NCBI GenBank assembly: GCA_951406725.2 | Contig: OX597821.1 | Span: 89,280,001 to 89,344,000 of the forward strand | Origin: Octopus vulgaris | Lineage: Eukaryota | Direction of reading: 5' to 3' | Length of the DNA: 64,000 nucleotides | Shown: positions 51,268 to 63,380 of the stretch, piece by piece | Layout of the letters: every line of letters begins with the position of its first letter | Numbering within the stretch: position 1 is the stretch's first letter | The notes under the pieces: model-generated | The model's database searches: none | What the model saw: only the letters and a program-made list of their open reading frames with translations | Told to the model about the DNA's origin: nothing | Program-made: the position numbers and the translations under genes

Positions 51268-51681
51268 GGAAGTGGCTGTGTGGTAAGTAGCTTGCTTACG
51301 AACCACATGGTTCCGGGTTCAGTCCCACTGCGTGGCACCTTGGGCAAGTGTCTTCTACTATAGCCTCGGGCCTACCAAAGCCTTGTGAGTAGATTTGGTA
51401 GACGGAAACTGAAAGAAGCCCATCGTATATATGTATATATATATATATGTATGTGTGTGTATATATGTTTGTGTGTCTGTGTTTGTGCCCCCAACATCGC
51501 TTGACAACCGATGCTGGTGTGTTTACGTCCCCGTAACTTAGCGGTTCGGTTCGACAAAAGAGACCGATAGAGTAATTACTAGGCTTACAAAGTATATAAG
51601 TCCCGGGGTCGATTTGCTCGACTAAAAGGCGGTGCTCCGGCATGGCCACAGTCACATGACTGAAACAAGTAAAAGAGTAAA
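51268..51681 (+). mobile_element. SINE family A
   Basis: Full-length match with CpGs retained. Confidence 0.9.
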
Positions 51682-51802
51682 ACAGAATAAAAAATCCTCA
51701 TAGTCAATGCCCCAGCTTGGGCACAGTCCAGTGACAGGAACCAGTAAAAGAATGAATTAATAAAAGAACACACACACACACACGCACACACACACACACA
51801 CA

Positions 51803-51846
<44 letters not shown>

Positions 51847-52200
51847 GTATTAATTGATATTTGGGAAATTTCAGCGTGACTTCGGTCTGCGATTAGGCTG
51901 GAAAACTTCAGCAATTACTACTAAATTGCCATTTATAATAAACACAAAAGAGACAGACACATTACTGACTCCTTACTTATAATGAAATATAAAATTGCAC
52001 TTAATGCACAATTATCTGCTCCCAACAGCATTATACATACATCTATTCAAACAATACTTTAATTCGATATTCTACCATTAGTTGTTTAATTAACTTCGTC
52101 ATTAGAACTTTCTTCTGTTCCTCACACTCTCTCTCTCTCTCATACACAGTTAGCTCCTCCTACTACTAAATATATTATTTTCCTTGGTTGCAATTTTTAG

Positions 52201-52305
52201 ACACCGTCTCCATCTAAACAGCCTCTGTCACCATTTCGCTATAAAACTTTTCCTCCGTTGCACCGCCACTCCACCACTGATAATTCATCCGATACTGACA
52301 AGCTG
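52201..52305 (+). CDS. Candidate internal exon (TPSPSKQPLSPFRYKTFPPLHRHSTTDNSSDTDKL), gene unknown
   Basis: Acceptor ..TTGCAATTTTTAG, donor CTG|GTAACG, 105 nt (35 codons) open in phase 0, non-repetitive and GC-richer than its flanks. Confidence 0.4.
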
Positions 52306-52635
52306 GTAACGACTCAAGAGAGATTCGGTACAGTTCTTATGTTGTCCATCATTATCAACTCCTCCTCCTCAAACACCACCACCACCACCGCCGCCGCCGC
52401 CGCCGCCGCTGCTGCCACCATCATCTTAACGCCGATAGAGGTCTCTATGTGAACATTTGGCCTACCAGAGATAACAGCAATATAGACTCTGATGTGCAAG
52501 AAAAGATGTGACTGTCACGGCTGGAATGGTTCCAATGACAGTTATTCGATTCCAACGAAGAGGCTATTATGCGGTTACTCAAACTGTTAAAAGTTACGCT
52601 TGAATTTTACTCAAGCCCCACATCACAGCTTTAAT

Positions 52636-52871
52636 ACTCTTTTACCCTTTTATTTGTTTCAGTCATTTGACTGCGGCCATGCTGGAGCACCGCCTTTAGT
52701 CGAGCACATCGAGCACAGGACTTATTCTTTGTAAGCCTAGTACTTATTCTATCGGACTCTTTTGCCGAACCGCTAAGTTACGGGGACGCAAACACACCAG
52801 CATCGGTTGTCAAGCGATGTTGGTGGGACAAACACAGACACACAAACATATACACACACATACATACATAT

Positions 52872-52908
<37 letters not shown>

Positions 52909-53071
52909 CGACGGGCTTCTTTCAGTTTCCGTCTACCAAATCCACTCACAAGGCATTCTGGTTGATCCGAGGCTATAGTAGAAGACACTTACCCAAGGTG
53001 CCACGAAGTGGGACTGAACGCGGAACCATGTTCGTAAGCAAGCTACTCACCACACAGCCACTCCTACGCCT
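52636..53071 (-). mobile_element. SINE family A
   Basis: Full-length reverse-complement match. Confidence 0.9.
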
Positions 53072-53164
53072 TTAACACATTAGATATCATTATCAACCTC
53101 ATCATCATCATCGTCATTATCATCAACATAGTTTGGTACAACATCGAGTTTTCCAGCTGATACG

Positions 53165-53410
53165 ATCTGCAAGTGGCTGAGTACTCCACAGACACGCATT
53201 CCCTCACTGTAGTTCTCAGGAGACTCAGCGTGACACAGAATGCGACATGGCTGGCCCTTGGAATTACAGGTACAGTTCATTTTTGCCAGCTGAGAGGACG
53301 AGAAATGTGAAATAACGTGGCTTGGTTAAGCCATAAGCGCTGAGTATCGAACTCACAACCTTACAATCATGAGTCGAATACCCTAACCATTTAGTTATGG
53401 ACCTTCACTA
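53165..53410 (-). mobile_element. Old SINE sharing the family D body
   Basis: AAGTGGCTGAGTACTCCACAGACAC..CAGCGTGACACAG..TACAGGTACA shared with 59736-59840; different, degenerate tRNA-like head. Confidence 0.65.
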
Positions 53411-53640
53411 CAAAAACACATGCATGCACGCATAACCACATACACAAAGGCACGCTCACACACACACACACACATACACCTGCATACATATACACAGAAA
53501 CACACACATGCACGAAATGGTGGAGTTGTTAGGGTATTTAACAAAATCCCATATAGATTTTATTTCAATGTCTTGTATTCTTAGTTCAAATCTTACTGAA
53601 GTTAATTTACCCCTTCATTAATATGAAGTCTTTATTTATA

Positions 53641-54203
53641 AGGCGGCGAGCTGGCAGAAACGTTAGCACACCGGGCGCAATGCTTAGCGGTATTTCGTCT
53701 GCCGCTACGTTCTGAGTTCACATTCCGCCGAGGTCGACTTTGCCTTTCATCCTTTCGGGGTCGATTAAATAACTACCAGTTACGCACTGCGGTCGATGTA
53801 ATCGACCTAATCCGTTTGTCTGACCTTGTTTGTCCCCTCTGTGTGTAGCCCTTGTAGGCTGTAAAGAAATGGGTATTTCGTCTGCTGCTACGTTCTAAGT
53901 TCAAATTCCGCCGAGGTCGACTTTGCCTTTCATCCTTTCAGGGTCGATTAAATAAGTACCAGTTGCGCACTGGGTCGATGTAATCGACTTAATCCGTTTG
54001 TCTGTCCTTGTTTGTCCCCTCTGTGTGTAGCCCCTTGTTTGCTGTAAAGAAATAGGTATTTCGTCTGCCGCTACACTCTGAGTTCAAATCCGCCAAAGTT
54101 GACTTTGCCTGCCATCCTTCCGGGGTTGTTAAATTAAGTACCATTTGCGTGCTGGAGTCGAACTAATCGACTGGGCTTTGCCCCAAAAATTTCGGGCCTT
54201 GTG
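53641..54203 (+). mobile_element. SINE family B tandem trimer (one head plus 183-bp units)
   Basis: GGTATTTCGTCTG recurs at 53689, 53872 and 54055; the last unit carries the alternative tail. Confidence 0.9.
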
Positions 54204-55229
54204 CTGTGTATAGAGAGGTGCCATAGCTGAAAGAACCGCTCGTGGTTGGTATTCCAAGTTCAAAAATGTATATTTTGACCTCAAAGACGCACCTTGTTCT
54301 GGCCATCCGTTGAGTTCGATGAAGAGCTATTAAATCAACTTTTGCACGAAAATTCTCGTCAAACGACAAGGGAAGTGGCAGAGATAAATGGAATGCTCCT
54401 ACACTACTTTAGAGAAGCATCTTCAATCGATGGGAAAGGTTCAGAGGTATGGAGAAAGGGTTCCGCATGCTTTAAGTAACAACAATAAAAATCAACGAGC
54501 CACATTCTTCGCTGGTTTGCTTGCTCGTCACTGCTCAACTCATGGACACAAGCAACGATTTCTTTACCGAATAGTTACTGGCGACGAAAAATAGTGCCTG
54601 TACAGGAATATGAAGCAGCGTAAGGAATGGCTTAGCCTTGGTAAACAAGCGACACCGCACGTGAAACAAGATCTTCATCCGCGTAAAACGATGTTGTGCA
54701 TATGGTAGGACTGGGAAGGGATTATCCATTACGAATTGCTTGAACGGAACCAAACGGTCAACCCGGAACTCTATGTTCAACAGATGGAACGACTCAACAC
54801 GGCTATTCAAGAGAAAAGACCTAATCGGCAGCATGGAGTTCTTCTGCTGCATGACAACGCCCGCCCTCAAATCGCCAATATGACCAAGGAAGCCATTCAA
54901 ACGCATGGCTGGGAAGTGCTGCCACACCCGTCATTCTCTCCTGATTTGGCACCAACAGATTTCCACTTCTTTCGATCTCTTTCAAATGACATGCGCGGAG
55001 TTTCGTTCAATACTGATGCAGAATTGAGAGGTTGTTTGGATCAATTTTTCGAGTCGAAATCGGGTGATTTCTATCAACGAGGTATTGAAAATCTTGTTGA
55101 ACGTTGGGAAGAAGTTGTAAACAACAAGGGTGAATACATTATTAACTAATTAGTTGTTATTTTTTTTATTAAAACCTTTTTAAAATTTTACATTTAGAAA
55201 AAACGGCGGGAATTTAGTTGGCAATCTAA
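54204..55229 (+). pseudogene. Mariner (DD34D) transposase pseudogene, 5-prime truncated, 3-prime TIR present
   Basis: RVPHAL, IVTGDEK, HDNARP and HPSFSPDLAPTDFHFF; in-frame stops and frameshifts; TIR ..GGGAATTTAGTTGGCAATCTAA|TA. Confidence 0.93.
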
Positions 55230-55236
55230 TATATGT

Positions 55237-55273
<37 letters not shown>

Positions 55274-55362
55274 ATAAATAAAATATATGCATGTATACAT
55301 ACATATATGTACATACTTACATCTACATGTATATATACATGCATATATATATATATATATGA

Positions 55363-55700
55363 GTACAGGACACCACAAATAAACGTAGAACACAACGAGA
55401 GACGAAAACATAAAATCAAACAAGGAAACGGACTTTTTTTAAACAAAGAAAAAACAGAGTACAGGACAAACAATACAAGGAAAATTCCCCTTCATCAGCT
55501 GCCCCTGGTTCGACTCAAAGTGTGTTTCGAAGGTAAGGACAGAACACGGCCGAAGTAGTCCTTCCTGCAAAAGGAATTCTTTTGCAGAGGGGTAAAACAA
55601 GTGACAAAAAAAGGACGTAAAAGCAATACAAATGAAGAAAAACAGTACAAATAAAGAAACAGGACAGGGAACAGACAATAAGGGCTTATATGACCGAACG
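55363..55700 (-). mobile_element. Non-coding Penelope-like (pLTR-type) element carrying the permuted HHR
   Basis: On the plus strand: (TA)n then GAGTACAGGAC, an A-rich tract, the HHR motif and hairpin CTGCAAAAG/CTTTTGCAG at 55565-55587. Far boundary uncertain, possibly about 55950. Confidence 0.5.
55487..55547 (-). ncRNA. Candidate non-circularly permuted hammerhead ribozyme, copy 2
   Basis: Minus strand: GTG-TT^CTGTCCTT-ac-CTTC-GAAA-CAC-15nt-AGGGGCAG-CTGATGA-A-GGGG. Helix III GTGT/ACAC, 8-bp helix I (two G-U pairs), helix II CTTC/GGGG. Spacing matches copy 1 while the stem sequences differ; predicted cut after GUU (between 55543 and 55542). Confidence 0.72.
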
Positions 55701-55984
55701 CACGCGTTATTTCTCTTCTCCAAGTTTTTATTTGAATACTCATGACGCGCACTTTTTGACCTTTCCTCCCTGCCTATCTGTCTTCCTCTCCACTTATCTC
55801 TCTCCTTCTTATTTTTCACCCTTTCTGGTTTCTTTCCCCTCTCTCTCCTCCTCCTCCTCCTGACCAGAGGGCTGCTAAAACTTTCTTTCAGCTTCGTCCA
55901 TCAACAAGTATAGATCGACTTCTGTCCTTCGTAAGCCGATTTTTCACATGCGTTCTAACTAATTTTTCCACTGTCCAGGCAAAA

Positions 55985-56020
<36 letters not shown>

Positions 56021-56023
56021 AAG

Positions 56024-56056
<33 letters not shown>

Positions 56057-56719
56057 AGGAGGAGGAAGAAGAAGAAGAAGTAAAGGAGGAGGAGGAAGAA
56101 GAAGAATTAAAGGAGGAGGAGGAGGAAGAAGAAGAAGAAGAAGTAAAGGAGGAGGAGGAGGAAGAAGAAGAAGAAGAAGAAGAAGAAGAAGGGGAGGAAA
56201 AGGGAACGACGCCGACGTCGACGACAGGGACGATGGCGATGATGATGATGATGCGATGTGTAAACAGTGTAAATATTTTCAGCAATGATGATGAAAATGA
56301 CAATTTATAAACGGTACTGATGACGATATCTTTAATTACACACAACAATGACGCTGACGACGACGAAGATGACAATGACGATGACTACGGCGACCAGAAC
56401 GATGTCATAATATCTGAAATGGTTTTCCATTTTTATTAGCTGTCTTCGACATAACCCATACAACCCCTTGCACATAAATTCCCTCAACTCCAAATACAAG
56501 AACCGTTCGTAATCACATCCCAGTTTAAAAACCTGCTAATGTAATTTATTTTATAACATGACAGTTTTTTTTTTCTTCTTATTCTTCTTTAAACCGAATG
56601 AAAGTGGAGACTTTACGAATTTTTAAATGTTCAGATAATTAATATATTAGAAAAGCTATATGGTACCCACCCCACGTCGTCATCGTCTACACTTAATAAA
56701 AAAAAAAATTAACCCTCAC

Positions 56720-56777
56720 CACCGCTGCCGTAAAAAGCAAAACATGAGACGGTTGTGCAGTAACCCGAACCTCCCCA
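56720..56777 (-). CDS. Weak candidate 58-nt exon
   Basis: Minus strand: pyrimidine tract..TATAG| and |GTGAGG donor; GC-rich; all three frames open. Confidence 0.2.
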
Positions 56778-56832
56778 CTATACACACATACACATAGGGA
56801 GGGGGGGAAAACAACTGATTAATCGATCGATC

Positions 56833-56875
<43 letters not shown>

Positions 56876-57327
56876 TCGTGAGTAGGATGATGAACGGTAT
56901 GAATTATGAAGTAACATTTCACATAAAGTATCTGGAAATTAGATTTACAGATTTAACGATATCATTAACCACAGAGTGAAGATGAATAACAAAGCTAAAA
57001 CAAAACAAGTATACAGACAGATGAATGATTAACTAATAAAAAAAATTAGCCTATCTTTTTGAAATATATAAATGTGGCTGTGTGTGTGAGTGCCCTATGC
57101 ATCTGTTCATGTGTGTGTGTGTGTGTGTCTATGATTAACATCTATACATTTAATACATGAATATACACTTACACATGCATAAAAACATAAATATAACGTT
57201 AATATTTTATGTCTGCTTTTCCAAGCTGGCGTGGGTTGAATAGATCGACCTGGTCTGAATCAGTGCTTATCTGGAGTTTACTGACTTCGTAGATTAGTCG
57301 GAAACCACGCTTTAGTCACTTATTTGT

Positions 57328-57433
57328 TTGTCTTTCATAAGGTTCCTATGGCGAGAGGCTCTTCAAAACTCTTAAACTCTTGTCTTTCATAAGGTTCCTA
57401 TGGCGAGAGGCTCTTCAAAACTCTTAAACTCTT
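57328..57433. repeat. Perfect 52-bp tandem duplication
   Basis: TTGTCTTTCATAAGGTTCCTATGGCGAGAGGCTCTTCAAAACTCTTAAACTC occurs twice. Confidence 0.92.
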
Positions 57434-59200
57434 ACAATATTACAGAGTGTTCTGGGTACATTTTATCATTGCTGATAAAATATACTGGCGTTGAAGTCGG
57501 AATTTGAATTTAAATAACCTGCCTTTTAACTGGGTTTTTGGATGCAAAAGAAAAAAAAATGTTGGGAGAAGATTTAAAAGTAGATTACTCTCCGCTTGAA
57601 TATCATTTAAGTAATGTGATTAAATTTGGAGAGCCATATTCTTTACTCCAAAACATCCTGTTGAGAACATTCCCAATGGTTTACTCTGAACCTGAGGAAG
57701 ATAGATAGAAATACTATCCACTTCGAGAAAGTGATGTTGTTTGTTGAGCTTTATAGAAGACATGAATGATGCTGTGGGAGTAGGGTAGTTTCTGGCTATT
57801 AAGTTCCCGTGAGTATTTGAATTTCCAGAGATCCATGGGTAGAGACTTCGAATTTGTTGTTACTAGTAGTAGTAGTAGCTGTTGTAGTGGTGATGTTGGT
57901 AGTATTAGTAAATAATTATAAATCATACTTGATTAAATCGATCATACATCATACTTTTAAATACTACGTTGAAATACGAAGAATATTAGCATGTGGCGTG
58001 TATAAATACTCGAGAAAAACGCACCAATCAAGGAAGGGATCAGGAAAAATAGGGTGATTGGGTGGGTAGCAATAATGACATGGGTACTTAGTGGAGTAAG
58101 TATTGTCAAAAGAGAAAGCATTTGTGTATGTAAGGAATTCGAATCGTTACAAAGTACACGAACAGGAATGAAATAAACAAAATCCCAACAACTCGTTTCC
58201 TCTTATTCTCTTGTACTGTATGTGCTCTTCGTTCTATGTAACAGCTCTATGCAGGAGTTTAATATAGGTATTATTCAGATCTGTGACCTTATACACTAAA
58301 TTGTCACGCACCTATTTCCATACACACATATATGTTTGTATTTCATTTTGGGTTAACAAGGCAACCGATGGTTTCATGTAAAAGAATATTTACAATTGTT
58401 CAAGCATACCAAATGGAATTGTGTGTGTGCGTGCGTGTATGAGTGTGTGTGCGTGTATGTGTGTGACGTGCGCGCGCGCGCTGGCGTGTGTGTGTGTGTA
58501 TGATTGAAGCTGGAAAATTTTCACAAACTTGTTCAGAGTTTCCTGCAACCGTTCATCAGATAGTTTTGAGAATCCAGAATAATGCAACTGTTGATAAATG
58601 GTTATGTGAAAGTCTAACAACTTGAGATATTTTTTCAGCTTCAATAAAATAGTAGCTTTACTCTACGTCTGGTAATCACATACTATTTTCTCAAACTTGT
58701 TTTGCTGCTTTGTGCTTATAATGATAATGAAATTATTGTATACAGTGCTCAGGTGCACCACAAGTGTGTATATGTGTTTGTGTGTGTGTATATGTATACC
58801 TGTATATATATATACACATATATACATGTATATAAATGTATATATGTGTGTATATGTATATATTTATGTATACATATATATATATATATATCTATATATG
58901 TGTATACACACATGCACACATATATAACACATATATAACACATATATAGTTATATATATGTGTATGTATATGTGTGTGTGTTTCGGTGAATGATGGTTGG
59001 TTTCAGACAGTAATTGCATGTGTGTGTGTATATATATACACGCACACACACACATGCACACATACACATACATACACACACACATATATATATATTTGCA
59101 CATATGCATGTGTGTGTGCACGCATGCACGTGCATGTGTGTGTGTCTTTGTAAACTCTCTTGTGTACACTTTGCTAATTTGCTGTATATTCTCATAATTC

Positions 59201-59596
59201 CATTAAGCCAATGCAGTCACCTTGTTTGACCAATTCCAAGATACTGCCAAATGACCTCTCAATCAAACTCTCTAATTAGCACGTCTTCCTCAAGTATTGG
59301 TCAATCAACAAGTCGTAGAGTTCTCAGTTCTCTCAATTTAGTCTTTGAAGACATGATAGCTCATACCAAAGCAAATATAGACAGACCAAATGTCAATTAA
59401 CAGCCAACGAGTCCTTCAAATGAAAGAGCTATTTGTACAGATATTTTCCTTGAAACTGAACACTGTGTTACTGCTGCTAATGTCATTCTGATAGTTCCTT
59501 CACAACAACAATGGCAATCAACACAAGGATGTTGGCAAGTCCTCCCTCCACTAACAACTGGAATTGGTCAAATAAGGTGACTGCATTGGCTTAATG
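59201..59596. repeat. 38-bp inverted repeat pair enclosing about 320 bp of unique sequence
   Basis: CATTAAGCCAATGCAGTCACCTTGTTTGACCAATTCCA versus TGGAATTGGTCAAATAAGGTGACTGCATTGGCTTAATG (1 mismatch). Confidence 0.85.
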
Positions 59597-59650
59597 TCCC
59601 TACCCATACCAAATAAAATCTGATGAAATTAGTGTAATAGCAATAACAGT

Positions 59651-60038
59651 GTGTGGAAGTACTCCGTCGGTTACGACGACGAGGCTTCCGGTTGATCCGA
59701 ATCAACGGAACAGTCTGCTCGTGAAATTAACATGTAAGTGGCTGAGCACTCCACAGACACGTGCACCCTTAATGGAGTTCTCGGGGATATTCAGCGTGAC
59801 ACAGAGAGTGACAAGGCCGGCCCCTTGAAATACAGGTACAACAGAAGCAGGAAGTAAGAGTGAGAGAAAGTTGTGGTGAAAGAGTACAGCAGGGATCACC
59901 ACCATCCCCTGCCAGAGCCTCGTGGAGCTTTAGGTGTTTTCGCTCAATAAACACTCACAACGCCTGGTCTGGGAATCGAAACCGCGATCTTATGACCGCG
60001 AGTCCGCTGCTCTAACCACTGGGCCGTTGCGCCTCCAC
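59651..60038 (-). mobile_element. SINE family D
   Basis: Full-length; 13-bp TSD TAGCAATAACAGT. Confidence 0.9.
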
Positions 60039-60307
60039 TAGCAATAACAGTAACAACAAGGAAAATAACGCTGATAGTGAGAGTAACATATTCACCATCC
60101 TGAATCCAGAATCAATTGCTGTGAAGAAAATTAATGTCTGAAACCCAGCATCATTCATCGAAACAGAGGTTTCATCAGCAATCGTTATTATAGCCTCTTC
60201 ATAAAGTACCACCAGACAAGGTGAACTTGGCATTCTTCTTAGCAAAACCTGACAGTCAAATGAGTTCCAAGCATGAGCTTACGCAGACATATATGACAAG
60301 TATTCAC

Positions 60308-60594
60308 AGCATCGCCTGGCCCCGTTGCCAGCATCGCCTGGTCCCGTGCCGGTGACACGTAAAAGCACCATCCGTTCGTGGCCGTTTGCCAGCTCTGTCT
60401 GGCACCTGTGCAGGTGCCACGTAAAAAACACCCACTACACTCATGGAGTGGTTGGCGTTAGGAAGGGCATCCAGCCGTAGAAACACTGCCAGATCTGACT
60501 GGGCCTGACGAAGCCTTCCAGCTTCACAGACCCCAGTTGACCCGTCCAACCTATGCTAGCATGGAAAGCGGACGCTAAATGATGATGATGATGA
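60308..60594 (+). mobile_element. Family E
   Basis: Same motifs and (GAT)n tail. Confidence 0.8.
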
Positions 60595-60699
60595 TTCACA
60601 CTTAACACAGGTTAAATATTTTGAATGAATATTGGAATTTCTATTACATGAATGACGTAAAATTAATTAATCATGAAAGTAGCATTTCCTTGTTAATAT

Positions 60700-60872
60700 T
60701 TTGCTTAGTGGCATTTCATTGATCTTCATGTTCTGAATTCAAATTTTGTCAAGATCGACTTTGCTTTTTCTCCTTTCAAGGTTGATAAAACAAGCACCAG
60801 TTGAGCTTTAGGGTCAATGTAATTGGATTGCCCCTTCCCCTGAAATAGCTGACCTTGTGCCAAAATTTGAAG
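60700..60872 (+). mobile_element. SINE family B, old copy
   Basis: GTTCTGAATTCAAATTTTG..ATCGACTTTGC and a degenerate alternative tail. Confidence 0.65.
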
Positions 60873-61280
60873 TCAATATTTTCTAATATACTATATGGTG
60901 GACATGCTAACACTGAATACACTAGTAAGTCAGTTGATCATCATTGTGTAATCATTTCAATCAGGACTAACAAATTTAAATCTTGACCAGTTTCTTAGTC
61001 TTCTTGGAGATTATTTAGGTGGCTCTCCAAATTTATATTGGGACAAATGATAGAAATCAAAGGGATTTTTGCATACAAAATTTAAGCAAAAGTTAAAGAT
61101 TAACTCTTTTATAAAGCTGTTCTTCAATTAACTTTATTTAAAATTAAAACATATTTATATATATTTGTGTGTGTGTGTGTGTGTACATATATATATATAT
61201 ATATACATAGAGTGAGAATTTGTCTACATAATCTTTACAGGATATCAAGTGTTTTTCTATGTCAGTTTCTTTGCTGTTAA

Positions 61281-61428
61281 TCTTTATATATAAAAGTAAG
61301 GTTGTGTGTCTGTCTCCTACGATTTAGATTCCTAACTACTCCCACATTTTGCGGTGCAGTTTAACCAAAACCAGGTATCTTATAGTCGTGATTCATATCG
61401 AGCCCTTCTGGGTATTAGCGTGTGTCTA
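61281..61428 (+). mobile_element. Helitron 5-prime fragment, same family
   Basis: TCTTTATATATAAAAG.. matches the reverse complement of 46285-46436; fused to a SINE B tail at 61429-61510. Confidence 0.85.
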
Positions 61429-61559
61429 GCGTGTACTAGGGTTGATCTAATCAACTGGCCCCCTCCCCAAAACTATATTTTGTGCCTTGTGCCCAGAGTA
61501 GAAAAGAATATTAATTAAAATAGGGCAAAATAGTTGTGTCACAATGTGGTTACATGTTG

Positions 61560-62170
61560 GAGTTCAGATTTTTTTTTGTGTATCAGAGGGATCCTAGCCC
61601 TAAGTGATTTTATTACTTGATACTGAGATTGTTTTGTCAAGGTTGAACGCATATTTTCTACATTGGGCAAATGATGTAACAATTCACCACAGCATTGGAG
61701 AGAAGACAGTCAGAGTGTTTTGTGTCGATCCCAGTTATCAAAGTCTGAGCAATCTTTCATAATTGCTCTTTTCTAAAATATTCATTATTGAATTATCCCT
61801 CATTTCAGAATATATAGTTTTTATCTGACCATTATGTATATTAGACTGGAATTGTATTTCCTTTTCTATGCTATTGGTAATCTTCTGAAGCCTCAAGTCA
61901 TCTGCAAATATTTTTGTTTTGTTGTGTCTAGTGACATTTGAGATGTTGTTTATGTATAATATGAAGAGCAGTATACCTAACAGAGTTTCTTAAAGGATAC
62001 CATAGGTGACATTTACTGGACTTCATTGGATTCCAACAATGGCAACATGCTGGATTCTTCTAACCAGGAAACACTTAAACCATTGCAGCAGCTTTCTATA
62101 GACTCTAGAAATGGACAGTTTTAACGACAGAATATTGTGGTCAACTCTGTTGATGGCCTTACAAATTATA
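61560..62170 (-). pseudogene. CR1/L2-type reverse transcriptase relic
   Basis: [52 protein letters not shown]. Confidence 0.75.
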
Positions 62171-62270
62171 TACCTACCTACACACAACGATGTATACAAG
62201 CATACACACACACATATATATATATATATATATGCATATACATATGTATGTATGTATCTATGTATGTATG

Positions 62271-62320
<50 letters not shown>

Positions 62321-62343
62321 ACATAGTCACATAAATAGTCACA

Positions 62344-62680
62344 TAGGAGTGGCTGTGTGGTGAGTAGCTTGCTTATGAACTACATGGTTCCGGGTTCAGT
62401 CCCACTACGTGGCACCTTGGGCAAGTGTCTTCTGCTATAGCCTCGGGCCGACCAAAGCCTTGTGAGTGGATTTGGTAGACGGAAACTGAAAGTTGCCAGT
62501 TGTATATATGTATCGCTTGACAACCGATGCTAGTGTGTTTACGTCCCTGGAACTTAGTGGTTTGGCAAAAGAGACCGATAGAATAAGTACTAGCCTTACA
62601 AAGAATATGTCCTGGGTTTGATTTCTTTTAAGGCAGTGCTCTAGCATGGCCACAGTCAAATGACTGAAACAAGTAAATGA
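62344..62680 (+). mobile_element. SINE family A
   Basis: Head and tail match; shortened middle. Confidence 0.9.
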
Positions 62681-62884
62681 AAAAGAAAATTTTAAAAATG
62701 AATATCTCGGCATCAGCAAAGCCATCAACAGAGTTAACCACATTCTGTTGTTAGAACTGTCCAACACTTGACCAATGGATAAAAGAGCAGTGTTATGTAT
62801 GTTGGTAAATAAACAAAACATTTCTGAGCTCTGTTTGATTTTCTTAATGACCCAGTCCACCACTGTGGTCCTATAATACTTTTA

Positions 62885-63103
62885 CCCTTTCATTACTGCA
62901 TTTATTTTGAGATGTTCTGTGTTTCTTTCAATTACTTTAGATATAACAAAGAATTTAGAAAAATAACTTAGTTGTCATTAAGCTAGTGTTAGGAACATAA
63001 ATTGTTACTAAGGTTTGGTGGTATATTTTAATGCAAAACTTATGAAAATAAGACATTTGTACTAGGAGTCAGAGCTGGTTTTGGCCGGGTTGGTAACGAA
63101 ATG
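62885..63103. mobile_element. Possible piggyBac-like MITE
   Basis: Ends TTTA|CCCTTTCATTAC ... GTAACGAAATG|TTAG resemble decayed TTAA-flanked TIRs. Confidence 0.5.
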
Positions 63104-63380
63104 TTAGTTTTTATGCTATCCTGTGAATTTCTTTTCACTACTCAAGTATTTTTATTACTGTCAATATGGGTGCCACTGGGCATTGTGTTTTAGCTAATTA
63201 TCTTATTATGTAACCTCCTGATTTTTCTCATGGTTTCTCTCTTTTTCTTTTCTCCTTGGAGCCTTCTCATGATTTTGCTAACAATCATTTGGGTGTATTT
63301 TCAAAGTGTTGGTGACTATGACCTCAAGTTTGTATCAAGTTGTTTCAATGTCAGAGAAAGTGTGAGTGAAAGACCAGTCA

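Noticed and set aside
54736-55149. Intact transposase or SETMAR-like gene
   Set aside because: The upstream part has stops and frameshifts, the 5-prime end and left TIR are missing, and no SET domain is present.
58525-58565. Minus-strand CTGATGA-acggttgcag-GAAA hammerhead-like boxes
   Set aside because: Helix II and helix I do not pair convincingly.
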